From: Octopus vulgaris
Taxonomy: Eukaryota
Length of the DNA: 64,000 bases
Assembly: GCA_951406725.2 (NCBI GenBank)
Contig: OX597817.1
Location: 93,682,001-93,746,000 of the forward strand
Direction: 5' to 3'
Part shown: piece after piece, positions 52,886 to 64,000 of the stretch
Numbering within the stretch: the first letter of the stretch is position 1
How the letters are laid out: every line of letters begins with the position of its first letter
The notes under the pieces: generated by a model
Database searches by the model: none
Told to the model about the DNA's origin: nothing
Seen by the model: only the letters and a program-made list of their open reading frames with translations
Translations under genes and position numbers: made by a program

Positions 52886-53430
52886 GAAAATGTGTTGTTG
52901 AAACTGCACCTAAATTTCAAAAACTCGTAAAAGTTTAAAATTCAATGTTGACAAATTAAAATGTTTCAATGTTGACTAATTTAAAAAAAAAAAAATTATA
53001 AATTCATCTGATCCCAAAGCATACTACAACAAGCGAAACCGTCTATTAGAAGAGGATCAGAAAAACTGTAAACCAAGTTCCCATTTTTTTACTATTTTCA
53101 TTTCACACTTGTTTTTTTTCAGTATGACTTGTCGACCACCACTAAAATTAATGAACTTTGTACATTCAAGTAAATTGATATACAGTTTTAATTTTATTGA
53201 CTGCTATGAACATTCAAACTTACACTTTCTGTTTTGAACAAGTTAATTTATCAACATTGAAACATTTTAATTTATCAACATTGAAACTTTTAAAGATGTT
53301 TTTCCTAATTTTAAACTTTTACCATTGCTAAACAAAAAATATTGTAGAAACTAGTTTGGTATATATGTAAGTAAATGTATTTTAAACATTTATGAGATTT
53401 TGAAATTTAAGTGCATTTTCAACAACACAT

Positions 53431-53434
<4 letters not shown>
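52886..53434. mobile_element. MITE with ~55-bp TIRs
   Basis: gaaaatgtgttgttgaaactgcacctaaatttcaaaaactcgtaaaagtttaaaat versus attttaaacatttatgagattttgaaatttaagtgcattttcaacaacacattttc; internal aatgttga repeats are also mirrored. Confidence 0.75.
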
Positions 53435-53462
<28 letters not shown>

Positions 53463-53464
53463 TC

Positions 53465-53877
53465 TTTTATTCTTCTACTTGTTTGCCATTTGACTACGGA
53501 CATGCTGAAGCACCACCTTTAGTCGAGCAAATCGACCCCAGGACTTATTCTGTGTAAGTTTAGTACTTATTCTATCGGTCACTTTTGCCGAACTGCTAAG
53601 TTACAGGGACGTAAACGCATCTGCATCGGTTGTCAAGCGATATTGGGGAGGACAAACATATACATACACGTGGCTGTGTGGAGGGGCAGGAGTCCCCCTA
53701 ACATCGCTTGACAACCAAAGCTGGTGTGTTTTCGTCTCCGTAACTCAGCGGTTCGGCAATAGAAACCGATAGAATAAGTACTAGGCTTGCAAAGAATAAG
53801 TCCTGGAGTCGATTTGCTCGACTAAAGGCGGTGCTCCAGCATGGCCGCGGTCAAATGACTAAAACAAATAAAAGAAT
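53465..53877. mobile_element. Two SINE family A 3' halves in opposite orientation
   Basis: 53465-53660 (-) and 53690-53877 (+) are mutually inverted copies of the SINE 3' half. Confidence 0.75.
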
Positions 53878-53884
53878 ATATATG

Positions 53885-53924
<40 letters not shown>

Positions 53925-54504
53925 TTCGTTTTTTTCTATCCTGAGATAGGGTTGTTGTAAATGAGATAGGGTAAATGCAACCCTCTATGGGATAACGTAT
54001 ATCCAATATACTGCTAGTGAAGTACCCAACAAAGTTAATACATAAATATTAATGATTGCGATGCAATCAATTCATTTACTGTATTATATGGGCAAAGGTA
54101 AAAAGATTTACCACAAATTACTAATACAAGATGACGAGCTTCTTAGAGTTTCCGTCTACCAAATCCAGCAATAAAGCTTTGGTCGGCCCGTGGCTATTGT
54201 AGAAGACACTTGCCCAAAATACCATATGTATATATATATATGACAAGAAGAAAATGGAGGGAATCGAGAGGTAATATTCATAATGTCTAACAGGTGGTGA
54301 ATACTACCTCTGGCTTCCCTCCATTTTCTTCTTGCCATATAAATTAATGGTAAAAACCACTTATTACCCTCGCTTAATTATTATACCCAGTAGAGTAAAT
54401 GCCACGTAATAACTAGCACTTGTGTATTAATTAGGTATTCTACCAGCAGTATATTGGGTAGATACTATCCCTTGCTTGGATTCACAACCTATAACTATAT
54501 ATAG

Positions 54505-54700
54505 GGGGAGAGTTCACGAAAAAAACAAAAGACGAAGACAGGTGGTGTATAAAACAAACAGATGTATTAGTATAACGCTCAGGAATAGAAAAAAGTCTTT
54601 TACGTTTCGAGCCTACGCTTTTCTACAGAAAGGAACATAGAAAACAAGGAGACAAAAAAATGTGTGTAGTGACTAACGATCTATCATAGCGACTGCCGGA
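54505..54700 (-). mobile_element. Penelope-pLTR-like repeat, copy 2, with hammerhead variant at 54597-54632
   Basis: Minus strand CTTT-CTGTAGA-a-AAGC(gtag)GCTC-GAAAC-GTA-AAAG; homologous to 23215-23400. Confidence 0.6.
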
Positions 54701-55439
54701 CAGAAGGGTCACAAAGGAGAACGAAGAAGTAGGGGAGATAACAAAGTAAAGGTGATCCCCAAAACGAAGGTGCGTGTGTGTATAAGAGAGTACGTATGTG
54801 CGTGTGAAAGAGGGCTGGTGGTCTTGATGTGTGCGTGTGTATATGTGTAGGTGTGAAAATGTGGAGATGGGAATTGGTCAGTGCTGGTGTGTGGGTGGTG
54901 TGTTGTGATGTGATGTGTAGTGTGGTATAGTGTAGTGTGGAGTGGTGTAGTGTGGTGTGGTGTGGTGTGATGTTGTTGGGAGGTGGGGTAGGCGAGAGTG
55001 GGGAAAGCACGGGTGGGGTGTGGGTTAGGCTGACAGTTGGGGTATGTGGGTAGGCAGAGGGTGGGGTATGTGGAAGAAGGTGTAAGGGATAGGATGGGGT
55101 GGGATAGGAGGGTTGGGGAAGGTGGAGTAAGATTGTGTAGGGGTGGGGAGGGTTGACGATGAAGGGGAAGGGGAGGATGGGTATGTGAGAAGATATATAT
55201 ATATATATATAATTTTCATTTTTATTGTGCGTTCTCGCTACCGTTTGTATGTGACGAAATGTATATACGTACAAAATTATTGTCTGTATACTTATACACA
55301 TATTTCTACTCGTGCATAATATAGCATGAAAACGTATATACACGCCCACTCCAAACTCACACACACATACACACACGCATATATGTAGACACGTACACAC
55401 GCACTAATATATCAGTATGAGTTATTTGTTTGAGGGTGG

Positions 55440-55480
<41 letters not shown>

Positions 55481-55599
55481 GGAGAGGGAGAGATGTGAGA
55501 CGAGAGTGGTGAAATAACCCAGATTATATTTGTAAAATGACACAACACAACATTAATATAAATCAATTCTATGGAGAATAGTCTGAATGAATGGCTATG

Positions 55600-56030
55600 G
55601 AGTCTGAATGAGGACAGCTTTAGGAGGGACATGGGGAGTGGAGGATGGTTAGTTCATCGAGTGGATATTAGTTCATTTAGTGATGGTCATTTATTTGATT
55701 GGAGGACTGTTCATAGCCTGGGGGATGGTTCATTGAGAGGAAGTTGGTTCACTGAGAGAAGTCTGGCTCATGGAATGAAAGCTAGTTCACTGAATTCTAA
55801 TGGAGTGTTCCTGCATCACATGACCGAATTATCTCCTCACTCTGAAATATGTTCTGAAAACTGGAATATGTCTTAAGGCTTAAGTATATCCAAAGACTGG
55901 CACATGTCCTAAAACTACGACTCTGGGTGAAATAAATGTGTCCTAAGACTGATGTATGTTTTGAAATCGAAGTTTATCCTAAGAGTGAAGTAATCTCTAA
56001 CTGAAACATGTTCTTACACTGAAGAATATT
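55600..56030. repeat. Degenerate minisatellites
   Basis: Recurrent g(g/a)ttca(c/t) units (55650-55790) and ~22-nt tgtcctaagactg-like units (55850-56020). Confidence 0.5.
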
Positions 56031-56149
56031 TAACCCATTAAACCAGCCATAACTGGCCTAGATATTTTACCTGTTTTCTGTTCAAACCAGTTAGAGCTGG
56101 CTTCTCACACAAACCCTATAATGTCTTTCCAAAAAGAAGCAATCATATC

Positions 56150-56990
56150 ATCTGAACAGCTCTCAACAATCTACCATTTACTCCATACAACCGCAACACC
56201 TGCCACATTACATCCCTATCCACTCGGTCATATGCCTTCTCTGGGTCCATAAAGGCTCAATGCACCTCCCTTCCTTTTGCCGAAAATTTCTCACAAATAT
56301 TTGATTTGTATACCCTCTTCCACTCCTAAAACCACACTGCCCCTCCCCTAGTACACTCTCTGTCTGGTTCCTCACCCTAACAACCATAATTCTCCCATAT
56401 AGTTTACTAACCACACACAACAGACTTATACCCCTGAAGTTTCCACACACACATTTATCCCCTTTCCCTTTGTACAGCGACACTATACAGGCACTACACC
56501 AGTCCTTTGGTACTCTTCCAACCAAATAACAAACGTTCATAAGCCTCACTAACCATTCAGTCTCTGACACTCCTCCTTTCTTTAGGAATTTCACTGTACA
56601 CCCATCTATACATGGCGCCTTCCTGTTTGCCATCTTCCGCAAGGATTCCCCCACCTTGTCTCTTCCGATTGCACCGTAGTTCCATTTCCCAACAACAAGC
56701 ATTCTCCTTTCTCCTCCTACAGCCACTATACTTGCCTCCCTAACATCCTCCACATTTAACAGCTCATTAAAATACTCTGCCCTTCTCCTTCGTACATCCT
56801 CATTTCCTTTCAACAAATTTCCATTTACATCCTTCACCCATTTTTCCATTCCATCGACCACCTTTCTTACCCTCTGTACCGCTTTCCAAAACATCTTTTT
56901 ATTACAAAATTTTTACTCAACTTTTTCTCGAACCTTTCAATCGCCTCCCATTTCGCCAGCCTCACCACTCATTTTACTCTCCTCTTGATT
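56150..56990 (-). mobile_element. RTE-type LINE reverse transcriptase fragment
   Basis: ORF 56208-56894: EYFNELLN, KAPCIDG, VPKDWCSACIVSLYKGKGDKCVCGNFRGISLL..VSKLYGRI, QCGFRSGRG; frameshifted D.EKAYDRVDR follows. Confidence 0.88.
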
Positions 56991-57149
56991 GTAGCGGTTG
57001 AATACTTCTTTGGATTTCACCAGGTTCAACATGGCTAAAAAAGAAGATTGGTTTCTCGAGTCACTGCAGTAGTTGTTTCACTGCTGAATGCGACCGCAAA
57101 TAATTTTATTATTACAATTGTTTTTTCGGCTTGATTTTTTGTTCCCCGG

Positions 57150-57590
57150 TTTATGTGGAGGAGAGGAACCTTTTTTTGCCGTAGGAGGCGATACAGTTAC
57201 TGTGGTAATTGAACTTTGTAGAGTTGGAATAAGGAGCAGGTTTGGCGTAGTTGCATCTGTTGGGGGGAGCACTTACAATATTACCACTTTTCTTAGTGCC
57301 ACTATATTTACTAACGAATCGTCTAGTTCCCGGTAGGTAGGTAAAAGGGCAGCTTTGTTGCAAACATATTCTCTCATGAAGAGAATAGCGGCAGATATTG
57401 GGATTCCGTTTTGTTTGTGTAAGAGGAGTTTGATGTGGTTGTCTGTTCATGGATGTTCCATAGTTGATGCGTCTAGTTCCTGGGAAGTGAGAGAAAAGAC
57501 AGTCTTGTCGCAAACACATCCTCTCATGGAGGGAATAACGGCAGATTTTGGGGTTCCGTTTTGTTCGTGAGGGTGGGATATGTGGAAATT
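57150..57590 (-). pseudogene. Tandem CCCH zinc-finger coding fragment, probably a retroelement ORF1
   Basis: Two repeats NPKICRYSLHERMCLRQDCLFSHFPGTRR and NPNICRYSLHERICLQQSCPFTYLPGTRR (C-x8-C-x4-C-x3-H; His replaced by Tyr in the second); in-frame stop upstream at ~57590. Confidence 0.55.
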
Positions 57591-58106
57591 ATTTGTTTAC
57601 GGGAAATTTAGAGGTGAATGATTCAGGGAATGATGTGGTAAGGGTTGTTCTTGGTTGGGCTGAGATGTTAGTCATCCTATTGCCGGGTTATAACGGAGGA
57701 CTGGTAAGGATTGTGGTGGTGGAGACAGTAGTAGTAGCTGATGATTATGATGGTGACGGCCACGGCGCTGGCATCGACAATAATGGCGGTGGTGCTGCTG
57801 GTTGTGCCGATGGCGATGGCACAAGTAAATCTCGTGGTTTGAAGAATCAACACAATGTGCGGTTGTCATGGTAATAAGCTGTTAATGCCTCGTTGTCTGT
57901 TGATTGACTAAAATTACCTAAATTTCCCAACTTTAATTCCAAATAACATCAGATTCTTTAATTTACGAAATAAAGTAATTGGTTGATCGTAATCAAAATT
58001 CAGAGTTGCATCGATACACCAAAGTTGAAAGCAATCTGAACAAAATAAAAGGGGTCTCATTTTGTGAGTGTATAAGACTAGATCCCACCTCCCACTCTCA
58101 CACACA

Positions 58107-58219
<113 letters not shown>

Positions 58220-58364
58220 TTGGTTTAAACGAGTCGTCGTTTGACAGCATTATCGTGTTGCCATGCAAAAAGTTGAATTTTGATAATGATAAATAATCAG
58301 TTTCTCACTACTACTACTACTACTACTACTACAACCACCACCACCACCACCACCACTGCTGCTG

Positions 58365-58405
<41 letters not shown>

Positions 58406-59192
58406 GAATAATTGAATGCAGTTTTGAAACTATCTAAAATCCACGATCCTACTGTTAACTGCAAAAGCAGTCATTTGTAACTATTTTACACAAACTCATC
58501 TTAATGTGGAAGACAGTGGTAAAATCATTAGAAGGGACCCAAGCTCTGGCGCATCAGATGGAGAAAACGGGTATAGAATTTGTCACAACGACGTTCTATG
58601 ACTCCATTTCTTGTAGAGTCAAAACATGACAAAACAAACGGCCAAACGCATGTAAAGCTTTCTATGAAATAACTGGAGAATTTAAGAGACAAACGTTCAT
58701 AGGAAGGTAGAAGGAAAGAGAAAGTCATATGGAAGAAAGGTGAGAAAGAGAGAGAAAAAGAGAGAGGGAGAGCATGACATGTGTGATCTGGAAGATAAAT
58801 TACTATTTGTACCCCAGAAACTTTTGCAGTGGTCCCTTATTAGCCACAGCGATTCAGAAATCGGAATAAAGCATTTAGAAGATAAAATGCACAGCAAAAA
58901 CCGAAATAAACAACAAAAACTAAACAGGAATATAAACGTATAAACGTTCAGAAAGTAGACTACGACCATAGAACTAATATGTGTTCAACGAGGTAGATAA
59001 CAAAAAATAATTAAACATATCCCTAGAAAGCCTACAGAGTAATTATTCATGAAAACTGAATCAGAACAATAAAGCAGACAAACACACACATGCACACGTG
59101 CGCGCACATGCACATATACGCGCGCGCGCGCGCACACACACAAGATACTGAGAATTTGAGGAAGATTTAAAAGAAATTTCAACGATGGAAAT

Positions 59193-59194
<2 letters not shown>

Positions 59195-59262
<68 letters not shown>

Positions 59263-59264
59263 CA

Positions 59265-59311
<47 letters not shown>

Positions 59312-59437
59312 AGAAGAAGAAGAAGAAGAAGAAGAAGAAGAAGAAGAAAAAGAAGAAGAAGAAAGAAGAAGAAGAAGAAGAAGAAGAAAAAGAAGAAGAA
59401 GAAGAAGAAGAAGAAGAAGAAGAAGAAGAAGAAGAAA
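59195..59437. repeat. (TAA)n(GAA)n compound microsatellite
   Basis: Direct inspection. Confidence 0.95.
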
Positions 59438-59439
59438 GG

Positions 59440-60325
59440 CCCATCATTAAACCATCTTCTGTTTATGGAAATTGTTTGGGAAATTTGAAAAACAGATAGA
59501 TTCCTTAACCAAAACAGCCCAGAAGTGTGGTAGGAACATCGGTATGGAATTTGGGATTACCAAATGCTCAGTACTTAATATGAAAAGAGGGAAGAAAGCA
59601 GCGTACGGAGGATTGCGGTTCCCATCAGGAGGGACCATGGGTGAACCCGATGGTAGTGGCTATAGATATTTTGAGATTTTGGAGCTGGGTGACATTCTAC
59701 ATAAAGAAATGATAGTCAAGGTCAGCGAGGCGTATCAAAAAAGGTTGAAGATGGTGTTGAAATCCAACCTGAATACCAAAAATTTGATTACCGCAATGAA
59801 TATCTGGGCAGTAGCAGTGGTCAGATATATTGTACTAAGGAGGAAATATCAACACTGGATAGAAGGACGAGAGAGTTGATGACGCTGCATGGGGCGCTAC
59901 ACCCCAAAGCAAACGTAAGCAGACTGTATATGAAAAGAAAGAATGGTGGCAGAGGACTAATTAGTATAGACCATTGTATAAGGAGTGAAAGGAGAACGCT
60001 TGCCGAGTAGTTGATAAATAGTGATGAAGACCTGCAGCGATATGCTGCGAAAGATATGGGTGTAAGTGCAGATGAAATGATGGGCAAGTAGGAGTTTAAT
60101 CAAAGAGCCGAGGAGAAGAGAAAAAAATGACCATGAAATGAGAATGCATGGGCAGTTTCAAAGGAATACACAGGACGTTAAGGAAAATACAGCATCATGG
60201 GCATGGCTTGAGCGAGGTGATTTCAAGCGTACCACAGAAAGCCTGATATTCGCTGCACAAGACCTGGCTCTCGCTTCCAATTCAGTGAAGTATAACATCT
60301 ATAAAACCTCTGACACCCAGAAATG
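59440..60325 (+). mobile_element. R4/Dong-clade LINE fragment (RT C-terminal part)
   Basis: INHLLFMEI, IGMEFGITKCSVLNMKRGK, YRYFEILE, KSNLNTKNLITAMNIWAVAVVRY, LHPKANVSRLYMKRKNGGRGLIS, MHGQF, WAWLERGDFKRTTESLIFAAQDLAL. Confidence 0.88.
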
Positions 60326-61170
60326 CGCTGTTGAAGTGTTAAGTGAAATTTAGCAACGGAGGATTAAATCCACGCTATGCCTGCATGAAGCCACTACAAA
60401 TATGTTGTGGAATAAGGAAATAAAAAAATTTATCTAGTTACATGGAAAAAGTGTAGCTGTAAAAATCCAGAATTATTGGAGTAATGGGCATTCAAAAAAG
60501 TACGTATGTATAGAAATATATGAATGAAGTCTTTAATGTTTAAGATTCAAATGAAGGAAGTGCAATAATAATGTTTAGCAGTTCAAAACTGTGAGTACTG
60601 AAATGCAGAATTAGGTTGGCTGATCGTGAGAATCAAATATCAGCGCTTCGTTAAAATTTGCAGGTGGTATGGGTTATTTCTCTTGGGCTGTTTAAATAAA
60701 ATATTAGTAATATGTTGTAGATAGAGGGATCCATTGGAAGGGCCTTATCGATTTTTTTCAACAATCTAAGTATGTCACGAGGTTTCCAGACATGAGTTCT
60801 ACTCACCTGTCAAATAAAGTATAAAAGTGATATTGCCTGCAAAAATTAGAAATAGGACACACAAAAAATCAGTATTCAAAGTAATCGAACATAAACAATG
60901 AAATAGGTTATTTCCCTTGAGTGTTAAAAAAATATTGTACAGATGCTATGGGTTATTTCCCTTGGGTTTTAAAAAATAGTTGTATGAGGTAGATATAAAG
61001 GTCCCTTCCATGGGCCGTATTATCGATTTTCTCAACAATCTAAGTATGTCATGAGGTTTTCAGACATAAGTTCTACTCACATGGCAAGTTTTATCAAAAT
61101 CAATAAAACGATGTAGGAGGAGTTAGTTAACAACGCCACAAGCAAACACACCGATTTTCCACATAAAGAA
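60326..61170. mobile_element. Helentron/HINE-like insertion with internal tandem repeat
   Basis: Direct repeats 60668-60810 / 60947-61085 (tatgggttatttc.cttggg...caacaatctaagtatgtca.gaggttt.cagacat.agttctactcac); 3' part ttttatcaaaatc...gatgtaggaggagtt. Confidence 0.55.
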
Positions 61171-61575
61171 GAAACAATTAACAACATTGTCTTTGGCTTC
61201 CCAGTGTTAGTCACGAAAGTATGCAATTACAAATATGATAGAGTTGGGACTTACATACACTGGCAGTTACATCAGCATTATGAAATAGCAACAGAAAGGG
61301 TTAGGTATAAGCGCATATATCAGAAGAGAATGACATAGTGGCCATATTCTGGGACACGTCAATACACACAAACAGAAAGATCAAGGATAATCTCCCTCAT
61401 ATTGTTGTAAAAAGGCGTCTTGATGGAAGTCCTTTAAAAAAATGGAAAAATTACCCAGATCAAGAGATCTGTAAATGAGGTAAGCAGAGTTTGGAACTCA
61501 AACAGAAGCAGTTCCTAAAGTGATAGATACTTGGGAATTATTAACAAAACATGCAGACCAAAGTGCTAGAATTCA
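61170..61575 (+). mobile_element. R4/Dong-clade LINE 3' end (zinc knuckle/RLE region)
   Basis: EETINNIVFGFPVL...YDRVGTYIHWQLHQHYEI, then WDTSIHTNRKIKDNLPHIVV (RLE PD motif region). Confidence 0.75.
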
Positions 61576-61584
61576 CATGAGCGT

Positions 61585-61629
<45 letters not shown>

Positions 61630-62129
61630 CGCGCACGCACAAACACACACAGTATCCATTTAATAGCTCTGACTCGCACTGTATACGCATATTATGTACA
61701 GTAAGCTGTTAGACACGAACACAACATCTATAAAGTAGCACCACTAGATACGAAACATATACAACAAAGTATCTTAGCATAAATGACCTTATTACCTACA
61801 CACACAATATCCCAAGTAAAAATAAAATAGATAACACTACTTGGCACCATACACATAATACGTAGACAATGTCCTGTATAATAGTGAAAGCAAAACCATA
61901 TAAAATACTGCACATATTCAGAGCACGCAGTTTTGTGTTTGGTGGTATAGTAAAAATAAGCAAGAAATAAAAATAGTGACAGGATTATTTATTGTCACCA
62001 TCGGACTATTCATGCATAAAATAAAACGTATATTAAATACGTAAAGTGAGGGGAGGGATAAAGATATTATACAATATATCATGATATATCAAACATTTTG
62101 AAGCAACATAAAAAAATTACACGATTAAG

Positions 62130-63520
62130 ATATGATTAAGTAAAAAGACAGATGCACAGTAAAAAGTCAAAAACACACAACCTCTTGAGTCAGAGCAGAG
62201 TTCTACATAACTCTCCCTAGCTTTTCGAAATGGTGTGAATGTTTCTTGTTAAAGACGCTTATGAATATTTCGATAGTGGAAGTGGGTAGGAGAGAGGTCC
62301 ACATCTTCCAGAAAGCAGTAGTCTATTCTTTATGTGATGCTTATTTTCTGTGTTCATCTTTACACAAACCAGTACCTTCTCATTTGCCTTTTCCTCTTGC
62401 AGGTTATTCAGCAGGTCCATTAAATCCTTGCTTGATATTTTCACCACTTACACATGAAGTCTTTGAAGATGTTGGTATACGATGAGAACCAATTGAATGG
62501 GATATAAAATATTGTAACATTACATTACATTCTATCATATACATAGTATTTCTTTCTTGTTATTGTTGTTGTTATAGTTTTATTCTTCTTGTTGTCGCTG
62601 CAGTTTAAGTTGTTGCTTGTAGCATTGGTGTTTATCATGGATTTTCCTCGTGTGGAAAATATATGTTAGGAATAAATTGTTTGCCTTATTTTACTTATTT
62701 TTTACTCATTTTTACTTATTTTACTCATGTTTTTCTCTTTTCATTCAGAGGGTAAATCTCTATCTTCGATTGTTCTGCATGCCTTCTATTTGGGTATAAT
62801 CTTCACTTTTTAGCTATTTCCCTTGTGTCTGTCTCTACTGTTCTTAACGGCTTGTCATCTTTCTTTACTCTTTATTTTGTTTCCATCATTGTAGTATTAC
62901 GGAGAAGGGATCCTCAGCTTTCTGGTCATCAGTTTTGTAACTCGGGACGAGTTACAAAACTGGGTAGTTTGGCCTGCTTCTTCACATTGTCTTCAATTTA
63001 AAAACTCCAGATACACGGTTCAGTAACTTTTCATTCCATACATCAACAAGAGCGTTTTATTCTGAGTGCATGAGGAAGACTGTTCTGTTTTTGGCGATGC
63101 ATAGACTGATAAATTTTCTTTTCCCTCGCTCTTGCATAAAGCACTCTATTTGTCTTGGTTATAAATATCCGTCAAGCAGATCTCTTCTCGCCCAGTTGAT
63201 TCAGGTTTAAAATTTTCCTGTTTTGAGTGCACTGGCGAATGAGAAACTTATATTTTCTTGATTCACACTGTTCCCACATTTTTTCTAATGGGTATTTTGT
63301 TAATTTGGCAAAGAATATATTCATATATGTACTGTTGTTGTTGTTTACCATATCGCTGTGAAAGTTCCAGTTAATATTAATGTTTCCGGTAAAAAATTCA
63401 GTATTTCTTCTTGCGAAATGTTTGCATCAACTTGTGTAAATATTTGTATCATTATTGATCAGTCAATCACTCCTGTTGTTATTCAATTATTTTTAGTAGC
63501 TACCTTCTTTAGCACTACCG
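62130..63520 (-). mobile_element. Degenerate LINE ORF1-like region without evident ORF2
   Basis: Minus translation VDANISQEEILNFLPE (~63400-63445), QNSLPHALRI (~63060-63090) and *RQCEEAGQTTQFC (degenerate CCHC, ~62953-62995), followed by a T-rich 3' region. Confidence 0.4.
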
Positions 63521-64000
63521 ATGGCTGTTATAAACATAATGTTATATTACTGGTGTTGGGTAGCCTCGGTTCAACACTGACCAAGCAAATCTATACTAGG
63601 ATCGATCCACAGATCCATAGTTCCGAATACACCATACATACTAGATGAAGACCATACTGCACATTCTGACATGAAGCGATTGATTGTATGTGGACAGTAT
63701 GGTAACCTGGGTACAATCTCCCTCGATATGTTTGTATACTCTGGAAGCGGCTATAATAGAAACAGGCAAATTTAATGCCAAGAACTGTCTTAAATTACTC
63801 TAAATCAGTAATGCTAGTAACAATAACAATTATTTGGACGATTATTTTTTCTATATATTTTAAAGTCTACTTATGGATTGAAATATCCACTTTTACAGGG
63901 TAGGTTTACTATGAATGAGTGTTGCTAGAACTGTGGGATCTTGCATGCATTAATTTCAACACTTATTATTGATAACTGCATTGTTTCTTTTTAGGTAAAT

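Noticed and set aside
55571-55876. 101-aa ORF MENSLNEWLW...
   Set aside because: It overlies a degenerate minisatellite and shows no protein motif.

Overview
AT-rich eukaryotic (animal) intergenic or intronic DNA, saturated with microsatellites ((CA)n, (TA)n, (GATA)n, (CATA)n, (TAA)n, (GAA)n) and decayed transposable elements. The tRNA-derived SINE families resemble those of octopod cephalopods (inference, not database-checked). No intact host gene is recognisable; most ORFs in the track are microsatellite artefacts or TE fragments. Recognisable elements: Tx1/L1-clade LINEs (one near full length), R4/Dong-clade LINEs, an RTE-type RT fragment, Tc1, mariner, pogo and hAT-Buster transposase relics, two solo LTRs, several MITE/foldback and Helentron-like elements, and at least three SINE families. 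Most interesting points: (1) several sequence-distinct type I hammerhead ribozyme motifs in short AT-rich Penelope-pLTR-like repeats, two of them inside inverted repeats (best at 24065-24115 and 5116-5161); (2) Tx1-like LINEs repeatedly adjacent to (GATA/TCTA)n, with apparent target duplications longer than 100 bp; (3) ORF1-only (HAL1-like) derivatives, one of which, like a SINE, shares the Tx1 LINE 3' tail; (4) recurrent fold-back duplications at retroelement ends; (5) a few minus-strand exon candidates. All family assignments come from by-eye motif recognition.
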